A stretch of 39,732 bases of DNA from Escherichia phage HK97, in sequence record NC_002167.1; one strand, 5' to 3'. Each line of letters starts with the position of its first letter. Position 1 is the stretch's first letter. The position numbers were made by a program, and so were the translations under genes. This document shows positions 8,435 to 18,100 of this stretch, piece after piece. The notes beneath the pieces were generated by a model. The model had not been told where the DNA came from. It searched no databases and saw nothing but the letters and a program-made list of their open reading frames with translations.

Positions 8435-11400
8435 ATGGCTACGTTGCGCGAACTGATCATCAAAATATCTGCAAACTCTCAGTCATTCCAGTCTGAAATT
8501 TCTCGTGCTTCAAGAATGGGGAATGACTATTACCGGGTAATGCAGACTGGAGGACGCCAATCGGCCGCAGCTTCGCGTGAAACTCAGCGTGCCTTGGCTG
8601 AGGTAACTAGTCAAATAAACACCGCGAAGGCCTCAGCACTGGGAATGGCTGGTGCATTTGCTGGAGCATTTGCGACTGGTCATCTTATATCGCTGGCCGA
8701 TGAATGGAGCTCTGTTAATGCCAGGCTAAAGCAGGCTTCCCAGTCGTCAGATGATTTCACGGAGTCCCAGCGGGCGCTGATGGATATTAGCCAGCGAACC
8801 GGAACCGCCTTCTCTGATAATGCGAGTCTTTTTGCGCGTTCAGCCGCTTCTATGCGTGAATATGGCTACAGTTCAGAAGAGGTTCTGAAGGTAACCGAGG
8901 CTATATCAACAGGGCTTAAGCTGTCAGGCGCAAGCGCGTCTGAAGCGAGTTCGGTAATCACGCAGTTCAGCCAGGCTCTGGCGCAGGGTGTTCTTCGAGG
9001 CGAGGAATTTAACTCCGTCAACGAAAACGGTGATCGAGTTATCCGTGCTCTTGCCGCAGGGATGGGTGTAGCTCGTAAAGATCTGAAGGCAATGGCCGAT
9101 CAGGGGATGCTAACCGCAGATAAAGTTGTCCCGGCCCTGATAAGTCAACTTGGCACTATGCGTGGTGAATTTGAGGCAATGCCGCAGACCGTTTCTGCTG
9201 CCACGACGAAAGTCGAAAATGCTTTCATGGCATGGGTAGGTGGCGCTAATGAAGCCACTGGTGCGACAAGTACTCTTGTTGCCGTATTGAATACGGTTTC
9301 TGACAATATAGACACTGTGGCTACGGCTGCCGGAGCTTTGGCTGCGATAGGTGGAGCTCGCTATCTTGGAGGGATGTTTGGCGATCTTGGGAACCAGACG
9401 GCGCAATTAATAGATGCCAGAAAGAACGAAATTGCGCTCGCAGCTGCAAGGGCTGAATCTGCTACCCAATCACAACGCAAGGCCGCCGCCGATGCTATTG
9501 CTGCTGAGCGAGCTTACCAGCTTGCTCAGTCAGAACTTGTGCTGGCAAAGAATACTAATGCTGAGGCTACTGCCACTCAAAATGCCATATCCAAGCGCCG
9601 GGCAATGATTACAGCAAATGCGGCACTGGTACAGTCAAACAGAGCCGTTGCAGCCTCTCAGCAGGCACTTAACTCTGCAACATCAGTGCTGGGGCTTGTA
9701 AAAACTGGCGCTACGGGTCTTTTGTCGTTAGTTGGTGGTTTGCCAGGAATTTTAATGTTGGGTGCTGGGGCGTGGTACACGATGTATCAACGCCAAGAAC
9801 AAGCCAGGGAATCTGCAATCCAATATGCGGACACAATCGAGCAGGTACGAGATAATCTGAAATCAATGTCTCAGACGCAGATATCCGCCAACCTTGGACA
9901 GGCGAATATTTCACTGGATGCTCAGAATAGTGCGATTGAACAGCAGAAGCAGAAAGTTGCTGAATTATCCAATCAACTTTATAACGCAAAATTAGCAGCC
10001 AATTCTGCTTCAGAGGGGACATGGCTGTATAACGATGCGGTTGAGAAAGCCGCAGACTTTGCTTCAGAACTTGCGGTTGAAGAAGGCCGACTTGAGCAAA
10101 TGCTCAATAAAAGAAAGCAAACACAACAGTTAATAAACGACATAACTGATCAGGCTATAAATAAAACAGTAGAAATGGCTGGCGCCGTAAGTTCTCTTAC
10201 AGAGATGTATGACCGGCTGAACAAGGTTTCCAGACAGTCTACAGCAGTGTCCCCACCAAAATATGCAGGACCTGTACTTCCTGCGCTTGATAATAAGCAA
10301 CAACAAGCTATTGAGAAAGCACAGCGACAGCTTGAGCTATCTGGCCTTCAGGGTTTGGATAAGGCTCGAAAGCAGGCAGAATTCGATGCATCTGATCTGA
10401 ACCTTCCAGCTGGTTGGCGTGAGAAATATGTCAGCATGGAAGTTGAGTCTGCTAGGCAATTACAAGCAATTCGTAACTCAAGCCGCCATAAGGGTGGAAA
10501 ATCCGAGGCGGAAAAAACAGCTGATACCTATGACAAGCTGATCAAGCAGCAAAAAGAGCAGATCGCTCTGCAAGGGCAGAATACCGAGCTGGCAAAGGTT
10601 AAATATCAGGTAAGCCAGGGTGAGCTTTCTACGCTAAGTCAGGCCCAGAAAGCCGAAGTTATGCGTAATGCTGCTCTCATCGATCAGGTTAAATTGCGTG
10701 GACAACTGCGAAATTACGAAGCCAACCTTGCTGACAGTAACGCCAGCGCCCGCGCAGCCAATGAAGCGCAACTGCTGGGCTACGGGCAGGGAACCAGGTT
10801 CCGTGAAAGACTTCAGGAGCAGTTCAATCTGCGTAAGGAGTTTGAGCAGAAGAATACCGATCTTCTCCGCCAGCGTCAGGCTGGTGAAATCGACGAGACG
10901 TTCTATCAGCAGGGGCTGGCACTTAATAAGCGCTACCTCGAAGAGCGCCTGCGCGACCAGGAGGGATATTACGCAGCTTCTGATGCGCAGCGTGACGACT
11001 GGATGACGGGACTGTCTGAGGGTTATGCGAACTGGGTGGATGAAGCGACAGATTACTCCTCCATGGCAGCTGACGGGATGAAGCAGGCAATGGGTGGGGC
11101 GGTAACTTCGATTACTGACATGCTCAATGGTAACGTCGACAGCTGGAAGGACTGGGGTGTCAGCGTACTGAAGATCATCCAGAATGTTCTGGTCAATATG
11201 GCTGTTGCTAACGGCGTCAGTTCAATTGGTTCTCTCTTCAGCTTTGGCGCATCTTCCGCCGCTGCCGCCAGTAGCGGTACTGCAATTCAGAACGCTGGCG
11301 CGAACTTCACCTTTAACGCGAAGGGTAATGTTTACGACTCTCCGTCCCTGAGCGCATACAGCAATGGCGTGTTTCAGACCCCTCAGCTTTTTGCTTTTGC

Positions 11401-11704
11401 CAAAGGAGCGGGTGTGTTTGCAGAGGCTGGACCTGAAGCCATTATGCCGCTTACCCGTGCTGCTGATGGTTCGCTTGGCGTTCGGGCTGTTGGCACTGGT
11501 GGTGGTGGTCAGGCTGTATCTTCGGCTCCACAGGTTTACTCACCAATCGATGGCAACGGAAATACTTCCACGCAGACTTCACCCGGCCTTGAGCAATTTG
11601 GTGCTGATGTCGGTAAATATATTGATCAGCGATATAAGCAGAACATCATGCGAGATATTCGCCCTGGCGGTGACATCTGGAACGCAATGAAAGGAACCCG
11701 ATAA
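8435..11704 (+). CDS. tail tape measure protein
   Basis: ORF of over 1000 aa, Ala/Gln-rich coiled-coil composition, between chaperones and M/L/K; start taken as ATG 8435 (MATLREL; in-frame ATG also at 8423). Confidence 0.85.
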   Translation: MATLRELIIKISANSQSFQSEISRASRMGNDYYRVMQTGGRQSAAASRETQRALAEVTSQINTAKASALGMAGAFAGAFATGHLISLADEWSSVNARLKQASQSSDDFTESQRALMDISQRTGTAFSDNASLFARSAASMREYGYSSEEVLKVTEAISTGLKLSGASASEASSVITQFSQALAQGVLRGEEFNSVNENGDRVIRALAAGMGVARKDLKAMADQGMLTADKVVPALISQLGTMRGEFEAMPQTVSAATTKVENAFMAWVGGANEATGATSTLVAVLNTVSDNIDTVATAAGALAAIGGARYLGGMFGDLGNQTAQLIDARKNEIALAAARAESATQSQRKAAADAIAAERAYQLAQSELVLAKNTNAEATATQNAISKRRAMITANAALVQSNRAVAASQQALNSATSVLGLVKTGATGLLSLVGGLPGILMLGAGAWYTMYQRQEQARESAIQYADTIEQVRDNLKSMSQTQISANLGQANISLDAQNSAIEQQKQKVAELSNQLYNAKLAANSASEGTWLYNDAVEKAADFASELAVEEGRLEQMLNKRKQTQQLINDITDQAINKTVEMAGAVSSLTEMYDRLNKVSRQSTAVSPPKYAGPVLPALDNKQQQAIEKAQRQLELSGLQGLDKARKQAEFDASDLNLPAGWREKYVSMEVESARQLQAIRNSSRHKGGKSEAEKTADTYDKLIKQQKEQIALQGQNTELAKVKYQVSQGELSTLSQAQKAEVMRNAALIDQVKLRGQLRNYEANLADSNASARAANEAQLLGYGQGTRFRERLQEQFNLRKEFEQKNTDLLRQRQAGEIDETFYQQGLALNKRYLEERLRDQEGYYAASDAQRDDWMTGLSEGYANWVDEATDYSSMAADGMKQAMGGAVTSITDMLNGNVDSWKDWGVSVLKIIQNVLVNMAVANGVSSIGSLFSFGASSAAAASSGTAIQNAGANFTFNAKGNVYDSPSLSAYSNGVFQTPQLFAFAKGAGVFAEAGPEAIMPLTRAADGSLGVRAVGTGGGGQAVSSAPQVYSPIDGNGNTSTQTSPGLEQFGADVGKYIDQRYKQNIMRDIRPGGDIWNAMKGTR

Positions 11705-11706
11705 AA

Positions 11707-12045
11707 ATGGCTATCGAAACTTTCACCTGGTGCCCACGACTTAACGCTGAGGCAGATATAAATTTCCGCGTCAGGAAAGCACAGTTTGGTGATGGATATG
11801 AGCAGGTTTCAGGGGATGGATTGAATACCAGAACCCAGCAGTGGACGCTCAACTTTACTGGCAACGAAACCTACATTTCCGCCATAAAGACTTTTCTCGA
11901 CAGGCATGAAGGGACGAAAGCCTTTCAGTGGAAGCCACCGCTCGAACCTTTGGGTTTGTATCGTTGCGAAACGTATAAACCCACCGGGCTGGGTGCGGGA
12001 AAATTCAACCTTGAAGCAACATTCATCCAGGCATTTAAACCATGA
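11707..12045 (+). CDS. minor tail protein M-like
   Basis: 112-aa ORF directly after tape measure, lambda gpM position and size. Confidence 0.7.
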   Translation: MAIETFTWCPRLNAEADINFRVRKAQFGDGYEQVSGDGLNTRTQQWTLNFTGNETYISAIKTFLDRHEGTKAFQWKPPLEPLGLYRCETYKPTGLGAGKFNLEATFIQAFKP

Positions 12046-12800
12046 GCTTAAACGCAGACTATCAGAAGCTTGAATCCGGAAACGATGTTCGTCTGATTGA
12101 GGTGGACGGTTCTTCCTTTGGGCTAACGGACGTTCTCCGCTTTCACAATTACAGCATTCCCCACACGGAAGCGGAAATCATCGCCGCTGGTGGTGATGAG
12201 TCCAAGCTACCGGCGAAACCAATCTGGTGGCAGGGAAATGAATACGCCGCCTGGCCGTATCAGCTGGAAGGCCTGGAAAAATCAACCAGTGGGAGCAATG
12301 CAACGCCATCACTGACGGTTGCGAACATCGAAAGCTCTATTTCTGCCATGTGTCTTGCGTATGACGATCTGCTGCAGGCGAAAGTCACTATTCACGACAC
12401 AAAAGAGAAATATCTCGATGCCAGAAATTTCGCGGACGGCAACCCCACAGCAGACCCGACTCAGGAAAAGCTGCAGGTCTGGTATATCGACGGGAAAACT
12501 GGCGAGCTTGCCGGTGAAACCGTTGAATTTGTTCTGTCCAGCCCGATGGACCTGCAGGGGCAAATGATCCCGACGCGACAGCTTCATTCCCTGTGTACCT
12601 GGTGCATCCGGAATAAATATCGTACCGGCGACGGCTGCGACTATGCCGGCATCCGCTATTTCGATAAAAACAACAACCCGGTAAGCGATCCGTCGCTGGA
12701 TGAATGCAATGGCACGCTGACGGCCTGCAAACTCCGATTCGGCGAAAATAACGAACTCTCGTTTGGTGGCTTCCCGGGCACGTCTTTGATCAGGAGTTGA
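12042..12800 (+). CDS. minor tail protein L-like
   Basis: 252-aa ORF with C-terminal Cys cluster (CTWC…C…C) as in lambda gpL. Confidence 0.75.
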   Translation: MSLNADYQKLESGNDVRLIEVDGSSFGLTDVLRFHNYSIPHTEAEIIAAGGDESKLPAKPIWWQGNEYAAWPYQLEGLEKSTSGSNATPSLTVANIESSISAMCLAYDDLLQAKVTIHDTKEKYLDARNFADGNPTADPTQEKLQVWYIDGKTGELAGETVEFVLSSPMDLQGQMIPTRQLHSLCTWCIRNKYRTGDGCDYAGIRYFDKNNNPVSDPSLDECNGTLTACKLRFGENNELSFGGFPGTSLIRS

Positions 12801-12801
12801 T

Positions 12802-13512
12802 ATGCGTCAGAAAACCATAGATGCGATTATGGCGCATGCTGCAGCTGAATATCCTCTTGAGTGTTGCGGCGTGGTGGCGCAGAAAAGCCGCGTTGAACGT
12901 TATTTCCCGTGCCGGAATCTTGCCGCGGCGCCGGAGGACAATTTTGTCCTTTGCCCCGAAGACTACGCAGCTGCTGAGGACTGGGGAACGGTGATCGCCA
13001 TCGTTCACAGTCACCCTGACGCCACTACGCAGCCGAGCGAACTGGATAAAGCGCAATGCGACGCAACGCTTTTACCCTGGCATATTGTGAGCTGGCCGGA
13101 GGGGGATTTACGCACCATCCAGCCGCGCGGAGAACTGCCGCTGCTGGAGCGTCCGTTTGTGCTTGGACACTTCGACTGCTGGGGGCTGGTAATGAGCTAT
13201 TTCCGGCAAACGCATGGTATCGAGCTCCACGATTACCGGGTGGATTATCCCTGGTGGGAAAACGACTATCCGGACAATTTTTATCAGGATTGCTGGTATG
13301 AATGCGGATTCAGGGAGTTTGACGGCCCGCCTCAGGAAGGGGACCTCGTCATCATGCAGGTGCAGGCCGATAAGTGGAATCATGCCGGGATTTTACTGGA
13401 GGGTAACATGCTGCTGCACCACCTGTACGGACATCTGAGCCAGCGCGTGCCGTATGGTGGCTACTGGCAGGAAAGGACGATGAAGATTCTTAGACATCAG
13501 AATTTTATTTAA
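12802..13512 (+). CDS. tail assembly protein K-like (MPN/JAMM + NlpC/P60)
   Basis: 236-aa ORF with HSHPD JAMM-type motif and a Cys/His peptidase-like C-terminal half. Confidence 0.75.
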   Translation: MRQKTIDAIMAHAAAEYPLECCGVVAQKSRVERYFPCRNLAAAPEDNFVLCPEDYAAAEDWGTVIAIVHSHPDATTQPSELDKAQCDATLLPWHIVSWPEGDLRTIQPRGELPLLERPFVLGHFDCWGLVMSYFRQTHGIELHDYRVDYPWWENDYPDNFYQDCWYECGFREFDGPPQEGDLVIMQVQADKWNHAGILLEGNMLLHHLYGHLSQRVPYGGYWQERTMKILRHQNFI

Positions 13513-13559
13513 CAAACTGTCACTGATACTATCGTGTAGCACACAGCAAGGAGAACGAT

Positions 13560-13784
13560 ATGTATACAGTTGGGTTTGGTTGGATCTTCGTCGGTATTTT
13601 TATTGGGTTAATTCTCTGGTTTTTCATCAACCGCGCCAGCGTCAGAGCGAACAGGTAGGTTGAATTACTTGAGTCTATCGACCAGAAATTATCAAAAATA
13701 GTAGATCCAAACTTCGAGGCAAATAACAAAGACCAGTCGAAAGAAAACTACCTTGAAGAAGCAAGGAAAAAAGCTGGGCTTTGA
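13560..13784 (+). pseudogene. paralogue of the 8203-8391 moron ORF interrupted by in-frame amber
   Basis: SD aaggaga then ATG 13560; 32-aa TM peptide (MYTVGFGWIFVGIFIGLILWFF…RANR) stops at TAG 13656-13658; the same frame continues 41 codons to TGA 13782-13784; aligns to the 8203 ORF with TAG opposite its Gln codon. Confidence 0.5.
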
Positions 13785-13798
13785 GAGCGTAAATTAAC

Positions 13799-13822
13799 AA
13801 ACCACCTACGGGTGGTTTTTTT
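13799..13822 (+). terminator. intrinsic terminator after second moron
   Basis: aaccacc-tacg-ggtggtt followed by T7. Confidence 0.6.
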
Positions 13823-13833
13823 ATGGGGGCAGC

Positions 13834-14442
13834 ATGCAAGAGGTAATGACAAGAATTGAGCTAAGTGGCGTGCTAGCTAAGACATATGGAAGGGTTCATC
13901 ACCGTCTGGTTCGCACTACTGCTGAAGCCATTAATGCACTCGCGAAAACCATCAATGGATTCGAGAAATTCTTAAACACAAGCAAAGCCCGAGGGCTGAC
14001 GTATGCCGTTTATAGAGATAAAAAGAATATTGGCGTTGATGATCTCGGCTTTCCCGTCACCGGCGAAGTGATCCGGATTGTCCCTGTAGTAATAGGGAGT
14101 AAAAAGGCTGGTCTTTTGCAGACGATCTTGGGGGCCGTGCTTATTACTGCTGCTGTGTTGACTGGACCCGGCGGTATTGGCGCTGCTTTCGCTGCTGGTG
14201 GATTGACGGGGTTTGCTGCTGCCACTGGTGCCTCGTTGGTCCTCGGTGGGGTTATTCAGCTGCTTTCACCGCAGCCATCAGGCATAGCCAGTAAACAAAG
14301 CGCAGATAACCGTGCATCGTATGCGTTTGGCGGGGTAACCAACACTGCAGCGCAAGGCTACCCGGTGCCTCTGCTTTATGGTAAGCGTCGAATCGGCGGA
14401 GCGATTATTTCTGCCGGAATTTATGTCGAAGATCAACAATAA
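13834..14442 (+). CDS. tail assembly protein I-like
   Basis: 202-aa ORF with Gly/Ala-rich hydrophobic central segment, position between K and J. Confidence 0.7.
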   Translation: MQEVMTRIELSGVLAKTYGRVHHRLVRTTAEAINALAKTINGFEKFLNTSKARGLTYAVYRDKKNIGVDDLGFPVTGEVIRIVPVVIGSKKAGLLQTILGAVLITAAVLTGPGGIGAAFAAGGLTGFAAATGASLVLGGVIQLLSPQPSGIASKQSADNRASYAFGGVTNTAAQGYPVPLLYGKRRIGGAIISAGIYVEDQQ

Positions 14443-14474
14443 ATCATTAATTAGCCGAAAGGCAGGAGAGCGTT

Positions 14475-14837
14475 ATGGAAATGACTGTAGGATTCCCTGA
14501 AATGGGTTCACGATTTGAATATGTAAGCTTCGTTCCTGATTTAGAAATTAAAACAATTAAAACTGTCACAACCAAAATTACAGTTTGCAAGCTGGAACAA
14601 ATCAATGCGCCCCATGAATTGGTGTTTATCTATCAGGAGGATTTCAATCCAAGTAGCTCTTTTGCCGAAGTCGAAGCACGCGCTAAAGAATATGCCAGTA
14701 ATGCAATTGCCGGATTAAAAACCCCGGCTCAACCGGGGCAAAGCATTAACTTTGATGCGATGGTAAATATTATCAGCCCTGGCATACAACCTGGATACCG
14801 CCTCGGCTCGGCCTTGCTCTTGCATCGTCATTTTTGA
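14475..14837 (+). CDS. hypothetical protein (moron between I and J)
   Basis: 120-aa ORF with SD aggaga; 5' two-thirds AT-rich; 3' end overlaps a convergent ORF. Confidence 0.4.
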   Translation: MEMTVGFPEMGSRFEYVSFVPDLEIKTIKTVTTKITVCKLEQINAPHELVFIYQEDFNPSSSFAEVEARAKEYASNAIAGLKTPAQPGQSINFDAMVNIISPGIQPGYRLGSALLLHRHF

Positions 14838-14975
14838 TGTATCTTCACCGTATGCCTTAGTCATATACTGAGTCACGCGCTGGCGGAAAGCTCCAGCATC
14901 ACCAGACTCGACAGTGGCGACGGCTAATAAAAACGCCAACGCTTCATCCTGTTGGTCTTCTTTGTTAAAGCTCAT
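14715..14975 (-). CDS. hypothetical protein (antisense to late operon)
   Basis: 86-aa ORF with SD aggag 7 nt upstream of ATG; minus-strand hairpin plus T-run overlaps its stop codon. Confidence 0.45.
   Translation of the reverse strand: MSFNKEDQQDEALAFLLAVATVESGDAGAFRQRVTQYMTKAYGEDTSKMTMQEQGRAEAVSRLYARADNIYHRIKVNALPRLSRGF
14717..14738 (-). terminator. intrinsic terminator for the minus-strand ORF
   Basis: On minus strand: ccccgg-ttgag-ccgggg followed by TTTTT (plus coordinates 14738 down to 14717). Confidence 0.4.
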
Positions 14976-15106
14976 TATAAACTCCTGTTATACCGAGGTC
15001 ATCAGCCGCACCGTCGGCAATTAGTGCGCCAGTGCCCACCACTGGCGGGCTGAGCTTACACATTAACCAGGGATTCCTGTTACCAACAGCCTGATATTTA
15101 AACAGT

Positions 15107-15129
15107 AGCCACCTTTGGGTGGCTTTTTT
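15107..15129 (+). terminator. intrinsic terminator upstream of J
   Basis: agccacc-ttt-gggtggct followed by T6; about 85% identical to the 13799-13822 terminator. Confidence 0.55.
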
Positions 15130-15140
15130 ATGGACGCGAT

Positions 15141-18100
15141 ATGGCTACAGAGAAAGTATTAAAGGGCCGCAAGGGCGGCAGCTCCAGTTCACGAACTCCT
15201 ACCGAACAACCTGATGATCTGCAATCTGTAGCGAAGGCCAAAATCCTCGTTGCGCTTGGGGAAGGTGAGTTTGCAGGGCAGCTCACCGGCAAAGATATCT
15301 ACCTGGACGGAACAGCGCTGGAGAATGCTGACGGCTCCCAAAACTTCAGCGGGGTAACGTGGGAGTTTCGCGCGGGAACTCAGGCGCAAAAATATATTCA
15401 GGGTATTCCCGGTACCGAAAACGAGATCAGCGTAGGAACTGAGGTATCAAGTGCCACAACCTGGACGCGCACGTTTACCAATACGCAGCTTTCAGCAGTT
15501 CGCCTGCGTCTTAAATGGCCCTCGCTTTTCAAACAGGAGGACGACGGCGATCTGGTGGGTTACTCGGTCAATTATGCAATTGACCTGCAGACGGACGGCG
15601 GCACATGGCAGACGGTACTCAATACCAGCGTGACCGGCAAAACGACGTCTGGTTATGAGCGCAGCCACCGTATCGATTTACCGCAGGCTGGCAGCACATG
15701 GACAATACGTCTGCGTAAGATTACCTCTGACGCCAACAGCGCGAAGATCGGCGACACGATGATGCTGCAGAGCTTCACCGAGGTGATTGATGCCAAACTG
15801 CGCTACCCGAACACCGCGCTGCTCTACGTCGAATTCGACTCAAGCCAGTTCAACGGCTCTATTCCTCAAATTTCATGCGAACCGCGCGGCCGCGTTATCC
15901 GCGTTCCAGATACCTACGACCCTGAAACCCGCACTTATAGCGGTACATGGACCGGTGCGTTTAAGTGGGCATGGACGGATAACCCTGCGTGGATTTTTTA
16001 CGACCTGGTTGTTTCTGACCGGTTCGGCCTTGGGCACCGTTTGACCGCTGCGAATATTGATAAATGGACGCTTTATCAGGTTGCTCAGTATTGTGATCAG
16101 ATGGTACCAGACGGCAAAGGGGGCAACGGTACAGAACCACGTTATACCTGCAACGTGTACATTCAGGACCGGAACGACGCCTACACAGTCCTGCGTGATT
16201 TTGCCGCTATCTTCCGTGGCATGACCTACTGGGGCGGGGATCAGATTGTGGCCCTGGCTGACATGCCGCGCGATGTTGATTACAGCTATACGCGCGCTAA
16301 CGTTGTTGGCGGTCGCTTCACCTATTCGAGCAGCACCACGAAAAGCCGCTACACCACAGCGCTGGTTTCATGGTCAGACCCGGGTAACGCTTATGCCGAC
16401 GCGATGGAACCGGTATTTGAGCAGGCGCTGGTGGCGCGGTACGGCTTCAATCAGCTGGAAATGACAGCCATCGGCTGCACCAGGCAGTCAGAGGCGAACC
16501 GAAAGGGGCGCTGGGGTATTCTCACCAATAACAAGGATCGCGTTGTTTCGTTTGATGTCGGGCTGGACGGAAACATTCCGCAGCCGGGCTACATCATCGC
16601 CGTGGCAGACGAGCTGCTTTCCGGAAAGGTTATGGGCGGCCGCATCAGCGCCGTTAACGGTCGCGTTATCAAACTTGACCGCGTAGCTGATGCAGCACCA
16701 GGTGATCGCCTTATTCTCAACCTGCCTTCCGGAGCGTCGCAGAGCAGGACCATTCAGGCCGTGAACGGGGAATCAGTCACAGTCACCACGGCATACAGTG
16801 AGACGCCACAGGCCGAAGCTGTTTGGGTGGTTGAATCTGACGAGCTTTACGCGCAGCAGTATCGTGTTGTCAGCGTTTCCGATAACAATGATGGCACTTT
16901 CTCGATTACCGGCGCATGGCACGACCCGGATAAATATGCCCGTATCGATACCGGAGCCATCATTGACCAACGGCCGGTGAGCGTGATCCCGCCGGGCAAC
17001 CAGTCGCCGCCTGCGAATATCGTGATCAGCTCGTTTTCCGTGGTTCAGCAAAATATCAGCGTCGAAACAATGCGCGTGAGCTGGGACCAGGCGCAGAACG
17101 CTATCGCCTATGAAGCGCAATGGCGCCGCAACGACGGGAACTGGGTTAACGTGCCGCGCACCTCCACCACGTCATTCGACGTCCCGGGGATTTATGCCGG
17201 GCGCTACCTGGTGCGGGTGCGCGCAATCAATGCCGCAGAAATTTCATCCGGATGGGGCTATTCAGAAGAGAAAACGCTGACGGGTAAAGTGGGCAATCCA
17301 CCGAAGCCGGTTGGCTTTATCGCCTCTGAAAACGTGGTGTTCGGTATCGAGCTGAACTGGGGATTCCCGGCGAATACCGACGACACGCTGAAGACGGAAA
17401 TTCAGTACAGCCTGACCGGTACTGAAGACGATGCCATGCTGCTGGCCGATGTGCCTTACCCGCAGCGCAAATATCAGCAGATGGGCCTTAAGGCTGGGCA
17501 GATTTTCTGGTACCGCGCGCAGCTGGTTGACCGCAGCGGTAACGAGTCAGGTTATACCGGCTGGGTTCGTGGGCAGGCCAGTATCGATGTTTCTGACATC
17601 ACAGATGTGATCCTTGAAGACATCAAAGGGTCTGAGACGTTCAAAGACCTGATCGAGAACGCTGTGGACAGCAATGAAAAAATTGCTGGCATGGCTGACG
17701 ACATCAAACAGGCCAACGATGAACTTGAACTCCAGGCGCAGGAAATCGCAAAAAACGCGCAGGACATCGGGCAGGTTCAGACCAGCGTTAATGAGCTTTC
17801 TAGCACGGTCGGTGATGTGTCGTCTTCTCTCTCAGATCTTGAGCAGACTGTTGCGACTGCTGATACCGCACTGGGCCAGCGAATCGACAGCATCAGCGTG
17901 TCTATGGACGGCATGACGGGCGGGGTGAAGAACTCTGCTATCGCAATTATTCAGGGCAACCTGGCGCAGGTAGCCGCGCGTAAAACGTTGTCTGCATCTG
18001 TAGCAGGGAACAGCGCTCAGCTGGACCGTCTAGACGAGGTGATCGTCAGTGAGAAGGAAGCCACAGCACGTTCATTGCTGAGCCTGCAGACGGACGTCAA

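Noticed and set aside
9110-9406. Minus-strand ORFs inside the tape measure gene (also 9711-10022)
   Set aside because: Antisense to a long, well-supported coding region; no SD; typical spurious ORFs in high-GC coding sequence
16773-17120. Minus-strand 115-aa ORF inside J (and others at 18305-18712)
   Set aside because: Antisense to the J coding sequence, no ribosome-binding site, no independent support
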